Part shown: piece after piece, positions 24,144-36,400 of the stretch | How positions within the stretch are numbered: the first letter of the stretch is position 1 | How the letters are laid out: every line of letters begins with the position of its first letter | DNA from: Monocercomonoides exilis PA203 | Lineage: Eukaryota > Protista > Preaxostyla | Assembly (NCBI GenBank): GCA_001643675.2 | Contig: LSRY02000029.1 | Location: 1,054,001-1,118,000, forward strand | Direction of reading: 5' to 3' | DNA: 64,000 bases | Program-made: the position numbers and the translations under genes | The notes under the pieces: generated by a model | The model's database searches: none | What the model was told of the DNA's origin: nothing | The model's input: the letters and a program-made list of their open reading frames with translations, nothing else

Positions 24144-25359
24144 CTTAATGCGAAAAAAAGTTTATATGAAATTTGTATCAAAATCATCACAAATAATTCC
24201 GTTAAAATATACGTCTGTAATCAAAATTATTATTCAAAATCTCGGAAAAACAGAATAACTTTTTTCCTTTTTGATCTAAGCCATATTCAAAAAAACAGGA
24301 TTAATTTCAAAATTTTCAAAAATGCATAATTTCATATTCAACGTTTCAATAAGAAAATTTCAAAGTGTTTTATTTTTGGATATAAATGAAACTTCGAAAA
24401 TTTCCAAAGGGTCTCGAAAAAGAACAATTTCCATGAATAAAGTTATTATAATTATTATAACAATAATGTATCAAAAATTGAAGATATTTCTTTTATCTGG
24501 GACATTGAATCTATTCCAAATTTTATTAATAAATTCGTTTATTCATTTGACCTTTTTTTTTTTTTTTTTTTTTTTTTTGAAAGCTTCCTTCTATTTTGAT
24601 TTCAAAAAAAAAATTCTCATATTTCGATTAAATATCTGTTTCCACTTACGAAACTTTCAAAAAATGGAAATAATAACATTGTTCAAATTTTGTTTTCATT
24701 AGACATGTGTTTCTTTGTGACTATTGACAGACAAATTTGGTATCCTGACTGACCGAATAATAATGTTCACGTCAGAGCCTCAAATATGAAAACAATAATA
24801 TTATATGCAAATATTTTTAATTTTAAATCCAAACAAGCAAAAAATAAAAACACGTTTTTCAAAAAGGATATTGACAAAAAGTCAATTTTGGAATTTATTA
24901 ATCATCGGACTGTTAATGAAGTCAGTGACTGTCAAAGGAGTCATTATTTTGTTGGGAAGAAATTTTAACTTATTTTTTTAAAACAAAGAAAAGTTTGAAG
25001 ATTTAAAATGAAATGAATAAAGTGATAAAAATTGATTTCTATGGGAAATTCTTTTTGAAAAATCGCAAATGTTAAATTTTCAAATTAAATAAATATTTCA
25101 TATTTCAATCAACTTTATGCTCCGGCTCATTAATCAACATCTGTATTTTAGTAGTTGCTTTATAAAATGCAGTCTTTACTTGATATAATCACATCTGTTT
25201 TACACAACTTTTTGTGACTATATCCGATTGTGATTATATGGGATGCCTATTAACACAGCAAAAAAAAAAAAAACTACAGATTTCGCACAAAATACAGAAC
25301 AAGATCGATTTCACAATAACAGCAAAAGGAACAACTCTGATAATTTTCTTCAAAATATA

Positions 25360-25553
25360 TCTCATAAAAACAAACTCGTTTGATAAACAAAACTTTCAAA
25401 ATAGCTTCATTTGCGCTCAGAAAAAAATAAATGATTGAAATCTCGGAAAAATAGGATTTTGATTTTCTCCGAGATTTCAATAATAATTTTTTTAACGAAC
25501 AAATGAAACAATTTTGAAAGTTTTGTGTATCAAAAGAGTTTGTATTGTCAAGA
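25360..25553. mobile_element. 194-bp hairpin MITE inserted in the left arm of the foldback element
   Basis: ~92-bp imperfect inverted arms with a ~9-bp loop, and TA at 25358-59 and 25554-55. Removing it plus one TA restores colinearity with the right arm. Confidence 0.7.
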
Positions 25554-25673
25554 TATGAATGATTATTTTTGAAATAATAACTTTTTTCGGGGCGTTGGTT
25601 TTTCAAACTTTGTTTATCATTTGGAAGAGCCTTAGAAAAAAAATACTCAATTTATCACAACTGTTTAAAGAAT

Positions 25674-26074
25674 AAATGGGTGATTATTTTTGAAAGCATA
25701 TTTTTTCTTTCAACATTTCCGGTTCAAAAATTTATCTTGAACAAAAAAAGAAGAATACTAAAAAATGAAAACACTAACAAATGACATCATCATCTTTATT
25801 TGAGCAATAACATTTGTATATTACACATTTGTGTTTAATTCAGCATTCAAATACAAAATCTTTTGCCAAATTCAAACATAATTTGAAAAATAAGCTCCCA
25901 GAAAAAAGTTATGATTTCAAAAATAATTACCCAAATGATTCGGCTAAAATAAAGAAAAAAATGTCTTTGTTTTGCCTTTTCACTCTTCAGTGATTACAAA
26001 TCCACATTTAAGGGAAATTTTTGAACCGAAAATTTTGAAAGAAATAATATGCTTTCAAAAATCATCACCCATTT
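25674..26074. repeat. Inner inverted repeat pair (60-bp arms)
   Basis: 25674-25733 vs the reverse complement of 26015-26074: 56/60 identical. Confidence 0.85.
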
Positions 26075-27169
26075 TATAAATTTGAAAATAATATTTTTGT
26101 TGAAATGTTTTTTTCATTAAATTGCATCAAAAGACATTGTTTGATGTGAAAATGAGACAGATGTGTTTTTTGTTGAAGTTATTTCTTATCTGTGTTCATT
26201 GTCATTAATTCAAAACAAAAAATTTTACTGAAATTATGCTTCAAAAAAATATGATTTCAAAAATAATCACTCAAATTTTTTAAGGAAAATTGTCAGAAAT
26301 ATTCCTCTTGCAGTTATTGAGAAATCGATCTTGTCCTGTATTTTGTGCGATGTCCGGTTTTTTTATGCGATATATGTTCATTTGAAAAATAAACACTTTG
26401 AAAAAAGTTAAGATTAAATGAATAATCACGCAAAAAATATTAAAAAATGAAAGATAAGAAAAAAAGAAAAGAAAAGAACAGAAAAGAAAAAAGAAAAGAA
26501 AAAATTGAAAATTGAATCAAATCAACATGAACCATTCTCATTATCTTTTTTATTTTGTTTTTTATTTTATTTTATTTTTTCATTTTCATTTATTTTTTAT
26601 TTTTAATTTATTTTTTATTTTTAATTTTTAATTTTTTATTTATAATTATTTTTTATTTTTTTATTTTTTTTTACCAAAGAATATAATATTGCATAAAGAA
26701 ATGTCGTGAAACTATTTCAAAACACTTTTGATTTAAATATGTTGATATTTCCATTTCAAGAAATGAAAAAGAGAAAAGATCCAATTAATATAATAAAAAA
26801 TTTCATTAATGCCAAAAAAGTCAAAGAAAAAGAAAGAAATCCACAATGGAATAAGTGCAGTTTGGATGCATTATATATTTAAAAAACGATTTTAATTATT
26901 GTGTTTTTGTTAAAAATATTAAATTCAAACATTTCAAAATTCGAAAAATCTTGATTATTTTTGAAAATTTGAAATTGTGTCAAGAGTTCCGAAATTTTGG
27001 AAGTTGAAACAGATGGTATTTTATGATCTTCTTCATTGTCAATTGATTATTTACAATTATTTGTTTTTCTGAGCTGTTAAACGACTGGATTCTTTATTAA
27101 AACGATTAGAGTTTGTCTTTGCTTTTTGAGAGCGGTTGCCTCTGAAACGTCTTTTTAAGCGTAAAAACA

Positions 27170-30100
27170 ATGAAGAAAGACAACTTTTTAAAAGACTCAA
27201 ATGAAATATTAAGGAACATCGAATTATGCGTTGGTGAAATGGAGACAGTCCCACTGAGGATTCTCACCGAAATGGTTGATAAAGGAGTTGGTATTCTGAA
27301 ATCAGCAAGCAACGACAACGAAGTTTTGACCTTTGGAAAGATTTTCGAGGTTATTTTAAATCCTGCTTCATATTCGCCAACGTTTCGAAAAATTAAAGAG
27401 AAGAATGTTCCACGTGTTGGAAATGAAAAATACAAAGATACGAGTTTTAAGCATGAATTATATCCAAAGAGGAAAAGCGGAGAATCAGAATACTTCAAAT
27501 CTCCCTTTCTGCATAATGTTATAAGTGGAAAAGAGTTGGTTCGATCTGCTGTTGATCACATTCTTTCCACAGAAAATGATGAAATATTCGGATTATTACT
27601 AAAATTACTGGGCCACATTTTAAGGCTGAGCGAAAGGAATGAAATTGTCACAGCGGCTAAGCAAGGGCTGATTGATGGAGTTATCGATATCTTGAAAAGA
27701 TGCCAAAGTCCATTAATTTTGCTGGATGCTTTATCACTGTTGCTAACTTTCAAAAACAAGATCATTCACCTTCCAGATTTCATGAAAAGAAGGATTTCTC
27801 AATGTGTATGCTATCATGAACTTATTCTATCCGTCCTTGAGATTGTTATCGGAAATGAAGAGAGAGGAATGGCTTATCCGACTGTTCAGAATATTTGTCT
27901 GAACAAGAATATCAGACGAATGTCAAACGAGGTTTTTATACAAAGAATTTTTTACTCACCAAAAATAAAGAAGAGCGAAAAAGCAGATTATAAGAACAAT
28001 GTGTCAGACAGAAAATCGCCAAATTCGAAAGAAGAAGAAGAGGAAGAGGAAGAAGAAAACGAAAATTGCGAGAAAACCAGTTTGGGCAAAGATGCAGATG
28101 CCAATGGCGATGAAGACAATGATGCTGGATTTAAACGGAAGCAGAATGATTCAACAATAACAACAGCTTTTTCAACAGCGGCCGAAACTACTATAACAAT
28201 AGCAACGCCCTTTGCCAATTTTTTTAATGTTTTTTCAACGAAGACTTTAGAGGCAGCAATGGATTATTATGCATTTTCTCACAATGAAGAAGAACAGCAC
28301 TTTCCGGATCTTAACGTTCCTTTCCTTCCTTTTGATGTTCGGTTGAAGGCGGCTGAGACATATTCATTGTTTATTGAAGACAGCACAATTTTGTGTCCTG
28401 CCTATCCAATTGTGGCTGTGCTTGCAGAAGGCATTGAGCTCGAAGACGGAGACGAAGAAGCGTTCATTTCAGCAAAAAAGAAAGAACAGAAAAGAGTTGT
28501 GGGAGAAAAAGAATCTGATGCAGAAAGTTCAGAAGAGACAGAAATGCCATTCTCTGATGAGATTTATGCGCCAACGACTGAATGTGACCTGACTTCGAAG
28601 ATGACAAAGATCAGAGATAGTCTGCTCGCCTTGTGTCGCATATATGTTAGCCGGTCTCTTCTTGATATTCCAGGTGCTGTTGTTCAGTCTTTTCACTCTT
28701 TTGGTGCTTTTAACAGAAAACAATCTTTTATTTTGATTTTTATTTTTCACGATTATTTTGCATGTGCATTCAATTTATTCTTCTTTCAAAAAATGTTGAA
28801 TTTTCTGTTTGCGAACACGTACAGAAGTTTTGACGTATCATTATGGATCTGATGCAAATATTTACGAAAGGCTTGCCCTTCCTTCGCATTTGTATCGGAA
28901 GCTTGAAAGAAGTCTTGTGCGCCTAATAAAGTGTGGTTTTAGATAATTTTTGCAAGAAAGTCATTCATTTCTAATTAATTTGCATGCGATGCATTTCCCC
29001 CAATGAGCAGTTTCCCCATGGCACGCTTCTGCAATCTTGCAGGAAGCTGTTTGAATCGTTTGGCTGTGTTTATGCCTCTGCCTGAGAAGAAGAAGACAAT
29101 ATGCTCAATTGGACCAACAATATTGAATAACTTAGAAAAGGTGGAGGCAGAAATGAAGGAGATTGTTCAAAGAAAAGCTTCTGATCAATCAGAAGCTGCA
29201 GAAGAAGACACGATGCAAATCTTTTATGAAAGCAATCCAACAATCCAGTTCGAAAAAAGCGATCCGTTTATTCTTGCGATGAAGCCGAATGCGGGTGATT
29301 GTCTGACTGTCAGCGAGCTGGAAGAGAAGTGGCTGCTTTTTGAGGATGCGCAACTGCGCTTTGCAACAGACACATTGCTGGGGATCAAAAACACTTATTC
29401 GGATCTGAAGTATAACTGGAACTTTCAATTCTCCAACTTTCATTATATTTGGGACATACAGAGATACCACAGATCTTCCAACGCGCTTCGACTGAATGCA
29501 TTGCTTTCCTGCCTTTTTAGCTGCGTGAACAGTCGAGGCAGTGCCAGCGATTATGCACTCATTCAACCCTTCTTCAGGGTGCTCGTGGAAAAACTTAAAT
29601 TTCTATTTCCGCTTCGTGCTCCGATTGACGAAAGCAAAATGTTCTCCACTTTCAACCAGCCAACGGCACTTGAATCTGTGCAGACCACAGTTGCAGCTGT
29701 TGTGCTTTGTGTGCTGATGAATGCACTGAAGGAGCTTCCGTTTGCCTTTGCGTCAGGGATAATAAAAGACTTTTTGGAGTTTGGTGCAGATTTCAGGTAT
29801 ATCACTCCGCAGCTGATGGCACATGTCATTCAAAAAATTAGAGAGAAGTGCATTATTTTTATGCTTCCTGTGCGAATCAACAGAGTTAAGCAGTCTGATT
29901 CGATTGTGAAGGATGAGACAGATGTTCTTTTCAATACCTTTCCGTTCAACATGCTTTCATCGAAAAAGATTATCAGTTGGAAGTGCGTTTCGTTGGTTGA
30001 ACGAGAGTGCTGCTATCCGATTCATTACAAGAAATGCATCGAGAATGCTAATGATATTTCCTCGATTTCTGAAAAGCCATTTTTTGAGGATGCGGAAGAG

Positions 30101-30391
30101 ATCGAGCGAAAAGACGACAGCGGAACATGTCTTTTGTTTTATCTGGACGATGCACTGGAAGAGTCTGGGATTCGTGATGCTGTTGAATCTTGTGTTCAAA
30201 GAGAAAATATTCAAGATTTTTGGTTTGCGCCTTATGCTCTTCCGAAAATGGACAGATTGAGCCACTTTTCAGTATTTGATTACATGCGTCACAACGAAAC
30301 AGCTCTTGCTGATCCAGTTTTTGTTCAAAATAGTGGAAATATTTTGTATAGAAATAATTTTTACATCAGAAATTATCATATTTTCTCATGA
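27170..30391 (+). CDS. Hypothetical helical protein, probably one gene with intron(s) around 28700-29000
   Basis: Two long same-strand ORFs (560 and 462 aa) separated by T-rich intron-like DNA. No recognisable domain. Confidence 0.6.
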
Positions 30392-31066
30392 AATGACAAA
30401 GATTAATGAACAGAATGAAAATGAATCTTTGCATATTTTTATCGAGAAAATATCTTTTGTAGAATTTTTTCTTTTTCTTTCTTTTGCTTTTCTTTTGATT
30501 AGTGCGAGTCTATTTGCTCTAAAACTGTGAAAGATTTCAAAACTTTGCAAGGAGAGTAATATTTTTTCTCCAAAGTGTTGTTTTTGTTTGGGAGTTTTTC
30601 TGGAAAGTCTTCTTGTGTTATTTCATTTTGTTTTGTCTTAATTTATTTCTGTTATTTGCATTAATTCATTTCTTGGTGTATATTTTAATTTTGTATCGAG
30701 AAATATTTAAGCAATGAAAAAGAGAAGTGCAGAAACCTTTTGCTTTTCTATTGATGCACTTTCACTTTAAAACTTCATTGCAAGCTGAAATATAAAGCCC
30801 ATCAGTTATTTTTCACAACATAATCATTCCTGGAAAAAATAGGAGTTATTGATGTTTATGTTAAGCTCATTGTTATGAAAGCGGGAAAATATATCATTGA
30901 AAAGTTGAAATAAGTTGAAAAAATGATAAGTCAAAACTTTTGATCTGATCATCACTTCAATCTGATATTGAGCAAAATTTTTGCATTTGTGAAAACAACA
31001 ACGATTTGTTCCAAACTTATTCTTCATCGTATTATAATAAGTCGATCATCCCCATGTATAATAATG

Positions 31067-31140
31067 AAGAAAAGAAAAGAAAAGAAAAGAAAAGAAAAGA
31101 TAATAAAATAAAATAAAATAAAATAAAGCAAAATAAAAAG
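31067..31140 (+). repeat. (GAAAA)n/(TAAAA)n microsatellite
   Basis: Tandem pentamers visible directly. Confidence 0.85.
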
Positions 31141-31451
31141 AAACAATTCACAATTCATCCAAAGAAAAATATTGTTTGGCAGCAAACATGTAACAAGAAA
31201 AAGAAAAAAGAAAAATGTTCAACAAAATTTGATTGATAAATTGAAAAACAATGGGGTAAAACAAAACAAAAATTAAAAAAAAATTATCTAAAGTCTTTGA
31301 GTTATAATATGAAATAAGTTTCATTTTCTCAAATATTTTCATCTCAGCCAATAATTTATCATGCAACCCAATAAAATATTTCTATTGAGAAAGTCTTCAA
31401 ACCACAGTTAACCGGTGAAGGTCTTAATCCGAAAAATAATAATAATAAAAA

Positions 31452-32830
31452 TTAATGAGCAACAAAATCAAATGAAAAGAATTTAGTCAAGCATTCACAA
31501 AAAAAAAAATCAGAAATATTTTTTGATAATCCATAATAAAATTTGTAACGCAAAGAAATTTCTCCATGAAAGCTAATGATAACATCTTCATATCCTTCTT
31601 CTTCCATCTTTTCAAACGCTTTTCTTTTCAACGCTTTTCTTTCCTCTTCTTCCTTTTCATCATCCTTCTCTTCTTTCAATTTCTGTGAAACATTAATTAA
31701 AAATATTAAGCAATCATGTGTAATATCGTTGTTCATCGTTGATTGCTTCATTTCCTCAAAAAAAAGATCGATGACACCTTCCTTTATAAAAGTATCAATT
31801 TCCATAGCTTTGCTTTTCGCTGCTTTACTTAATGAATAAATGCATTGATGGCTAATTTCGATGTAATTATCCTTTGCTGCTCTAAATAAATTCTCAATGC
31901 TTTCAATTATCACAGAAGACTCTTCGGTTCGCAATTCGCATAAACGAAAGAAAAAGTTCAATGTTCGGAGCCATCTCATCAAAAGAAACATTTCATCCGT
32001 TTTTTGTCTCTTTTCATTGTCTTTCTTTATCTTCCAATTCGCACATTCCATCAGCTCATTCACTTCTCTTTTTGCCTCTCTCACAAAATGTAGTTCTTTC
32101 GTAATCACTTCTTCCAAACTTTTATCATCGTAAAATCTGTCTATCAAAAATGCCCAAGCAGACTGATAGGCAAGTTGCGTTAGATTGCGATGTTCCTGAT
32201 GATATTGGATTATCTCTTTGATTTCTTTCAAACACAGCTCTTTTTCAATTTTCTAATTAAAATCAGATAAAAAAAATAATCGATTATTTCAAAAATGATA
32301 TAGAAATTCTCATACAAAATATTTAAATACGTTCAAACCCAGAAAAGCTATTTCTACTTTTTTTGAACTTCCTCGCTTTCTTCTTTCTTCGAAGCAACTG
32401 TTGGAAGGCAAGGCACACAAATCGAAAGCAATTCCGTTGAAAATTCTAAATTGAGAAAAAGATAGCATTCACAGAGATCAACAAGAAGCTTTTCATCCTT
32501 TTCTTCTTTTTTTTCATTTTCGTCAACAATCATCGTTTCAAAACTTTTTCTTTACGAAGGACGAAAAAAACTTGAGGTGAAAAAACCAATCAATTTTGTG
32601 CGGTATGCTATGTGCTTTGAAAACACAGTTGCACTTTTCAATGATAATTTCTTTTCTCCAATCATTTTGTCAGTCTTATCGAACAGATCTGTTTTTAAAA
32701 CTGATTTGAGTTCTCCTTTCTCCATTTCTTCTGCAAGTTCGTTCATCTCTTCTACAATTCGTTTTTGTTCATTTTCTGTGCAATGTTCTAATTCACTAAA
32801 CAATTCTGTAATCGGAGTTCAAAATACAAA
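31452..32830 (-). pseudogene. Disrupted member of a lineage-expanded helical protein family (FSELE..EQK..EEMNE / KLLVDLCECY / YHQEHRNLT.LAYQSAW)
   Basis: Family motifs in order. In-frame TAA at 32552-32554, after which the frame continues RKSFETMIVDE. Intron-like segment near 32255-32320. Confidence 0.7.
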
Positions 32831-33492
32831 ATTTTTGTTCAAAATTGTTTTTTCCAAATAAAACACAAACTTGAAAATCTCTCGGTTTTGGTAATCATCT
32901 GTATTCTGTTTTCAAAATTATCATCTAACAAACTCATTCTGTTTGTTGCAAAATGTATTCAAAAAGAGGGGTAAAGCTTGGCAAATAACAAAATAAAAGA
33001 TAAATACAAACATAACTGATTATCCTGCAAAATAAAAAAGATTTCAATACAAACCGTTCTGTTTTTGTTATATAAAAAGAAGTGTTTAAGATATTGTGAA
33101 GAAACCACAAGGATTGGCTTTCAAATTCCAAAAATGAAAATAATTTGTTTCTTTTTTGATCTTTCAAGCAGATTATTTGAAGAAAGATATTTTTCATTTG
33201 GGACGATATATTTTGCTTTAAGAATTTTATTCCATTTATTGCTTTCAAATATTTTCCTCAACTTTTTAATATTTCGATATTTTATTTTGCACGAAAATAT
33301 CAGAATTTCAATTATTCAAATGAAGAAAAAGTTTGGAACAAATCATTTCATTTTTCATAAATTCAAAAATACTGTACCATTTACGTTTCCTTTTAACAAG
33401 TATTATTCCAACAATTTTAATTAACCCTTTATATATTAATGTTGATAATCATTCGATCGTTTTATTTGTTGTAGAATCGAATAATTGTTGAT

Positions 33493-36400
33493 ATGATGAG
33501 TCTTTGTGCACTGCTGTTATTTACATTTTTTGAGGCAAGGAAAGAATGGTTCAACATTCACGATAAATTGCTGAAAGACGAAATTATTAAATATTCTCCA
33601 TTTTCAATTTCTCAAAGCAGAGAATCAATGGAAGACTCCTGCAACACGGAAAATTTTTTCTTTAAAATATTTTCTACATCTTCAACTGCTTGCAATTCTA
33701 CACTACTCGTGGGGATAGGAGTTATTTCATCTATTAACAAAGTTATTAATTCTTCATTATCCGTTTCACAATTATACTTGCATGAAAAAAAGGGAAATGC
33801 ACTTTTTAATGTGCAGCATGGTTCAAAGTGCAGAATATACAGATGTATTGTTCATTTGAGGGAATATTCAAAAGAGCCAATATATTCTTCTTGTAGCATT
33901 CTTGAATTTGTTAATCTGTCGTTTTCGTTTTTTTCACACAAAAACATTGCGTCAAACAGCATGGTGAATTTGTGGAATGAGAGTTCACTGATTGTCCAAT
34001 CATCATCATTTTCTTCAATTGTTGTTCAAATGAGCAATCCTCTTCTTGCCTCTGGAGATTTCGATTGTGTTACAACTTCTGATTGCTTTTTCAAAAATAT
34101 CAGCCATCTCCTTACAACAGATAAAGAGCATCATCTTTATTTAAAAGCAAAGGAGAGCATTATTTTTGGGTGCAAATTTTTAGGAGTTGAAAATCCCTTT
34201 TGCTCTGTGCTTGCAATTGGAGGTTACCCATCATCGTTTTTCTGCTTCAATTCTTCGTTTTTAGTGTGTTCAGCAACAGAGCGCAACAGAAAGGTTTTTG
34301 GCAGCTCCGATGGGGATGTTGTTATTGAACAGACAACGTTCAATGTAGAAAGCAAGCAATTGAATGGGGGGACGATATACGCATTTGAAACAAAATCGTT
34401 CACAATAAAAGGATGTTTCTTTGATAGATGCAATAATACTCATCCCGAAGGTTATGGAGGTGTTGTTTTCATGAGAGATGTTGGACCTTTTTTGATTCAA
34501 AATTGTTCAGCTGAAAAATGCATCGCAACAGGAAAGGAAGGAATAATGCGTATCGAAAATTCGCGTGATTCTGTAACAATTACCAATTTGAATTCTACAG
34601 AATGCGAAGGTTTTTATCGTGGAGTTGGTTTGATTGCAGGATCGCAATCTCCTGTGTGCTGTGCAAGTTTGAAAATGTCAAAAAGTCAAAGTAGAGCAGG
34701 TGAAGCTGGTGCAATGATGTTATATCTATCTTTCTCGTCATTTATTGCCACCGATTGGATATGTGATTCTAATTCAGCTGTTAATGTTGGAGGAGCAATT
34801 TATGTTATGAAAGATGTTGAAGGTTCTGTTAATCCAGTTTCTTTTAGGTATTGTTTTTTCATAAATAATTCTGCATATCAGGGAGCAGATATTGCATTTA
34901 CTGAGCATTATTTCAATCAGACAAATTCATCGTGTTTTCTGTTTTGCTTTTCGCAAAGCAACCAAAACAGAGTGTGGATGTGCACCAATGGATTACGAAG
35001 TTGTTCAAGCGGAGAAGAGCGAAATATTCTCCTGCCAAATCCATCTGGAAATGTTATTTATGTGAATCCAGCGCGAACATCAGGAGATATTAATGGATGT
35101 GGGGATGTTTCAAACGAATGCCACACAATTTGCTTTTCATGCAGTCAGTGGATAAACTCATATCACAAGACAGTCAAGCTATATTCAGGAGAGTATTCTG
35201 AATCCTCATTTTCTGTTGGGTTCCAACATATGACCATTGAAAAGAACACTTCTTCTTCAAGTGTTAAAATCTTAACGAATCCATCAAGTGGCGCATTTTG
35301 CACTCTTCTTGGTGGATCGTTGGACATGCGCGGAATGCAGTTTATTCACAGCTCGACATCTTCCCTAGATAAATGCATATTTTCTGAGAACAACGAGTAT
35401 TCTGTGCTTGTGCTGAGCGAGTGCTCGTTAAAGGCAGACTCAACTTCTACTGCATTTAGTGCACCATTTTTTTTGCTTACAAAAGGAGAGGCAAGACTCG
35501 AGAGTTGCGAGATATCATCAGTGGTTTTTGAGAGCACATCGCTATTTACCACAGAAAAGCAAGCACATCTTGCTCTGAGCAATGTGAAGATATCAATGAT
35601 TAGCCGCAGGATAGGCGATGGCTCAGTGTTCAGTAAGGCAGTTCAAGCAGAAGAAAGCTTTGTTCTTTCAAATGTTTCGATGAAGAACTGCAAGTGCTTG
35701 GATGGGAATGGAGGTGCGTTGTATCTGGAGCTAAATGCACAAAGCACAACACAGATTGGGGCGGATTCTGGCTGCATGTTCGACACATGCGCTGTTCCTG
35801 CAGAAAGCCAGAAAAAGAGAAAAGGAGGAGGAATCTATATACAGGTTATGGAGGGAGCCGATGGTTTCCAGCTCAAAATGCTTCAGTTTTCCAATTGCAA
35901 TGGATGGAAAGGGAAAAAAGTATTTATTGAAAGCAAATATTTGTCAAAGGTTATCAACACAGCAACGCTGGCATTCAACCCTTCTGTTGCTGTTGATTCG
36001 ACCGATCTGGATGAACTGAGCGGGATGGAGAACGTAGATCAAAACATGGTCATCCCACTTGTTGTGTTTCTGAGGAACTTCTCATCTCCTGCTTATGTGT
36101 CTGGGCAGACCACTGATTCAGACTATCGCCTTTGCGGATATAGCGATTATCCGTGCCAGAGCGTGGAAGGCGCTTCAGCTGCGCGATTTGCAAACACAAA
36201 GAGAAATATTCGCTTTCTGCCTTCCTTCTCCTTCCGAACAGAAACACTCCTCAACAGTCAATCGTATGCGTTTGACGTTGAGGAAGACAACACACCCATC
36301 AACATTGGCTCATCACAAGTGAAAGAGAATGAAGGGCTTTTGATCAATTCTGTGGAGACAAGTTTCAGCAGAATCAAATTTGTGCTTGAAGCATCTTTGA

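Larger units (their letters stand above)
25258..26368. mobile_element. Non-coding foldback/MITE-like element with long TIRs and nested inverted repeats
   Basis: 25283-25352 vs the reverse complement of 26281-26350: 60/70 identical. Similarity continues inward past the nested hairpin (25556-25580 vs 26250-26275). Outer ends approximate. Confidence 0.7.

Noticed and set aside
24716-24945. Weak inverted similarity (tgactattgacag vs ctgtcaaaggagtca)
   Set aside because: Too short and gapped to distinguish from chance.
25557-26272. Repeated motif considered as a CRISPR-like array
   Set aside because: Mixed orientation, irregular spacing, eukaryotic context and no cas genes.
440-32554. Four in-frame TAA codons (440, 3364, 6418, 32552) with the frame continuing, suggesting UAR=Gln recoding as in some oxymonads
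   Set aside because: Conserved genes end in TAA/TAG (nadE, LPA1-like, the giant protein), and 2.7-4 kaa ORFs contain no internal TAR. Two of the affected loci also have frameshifts, so these are ordinary nonsense mutations.
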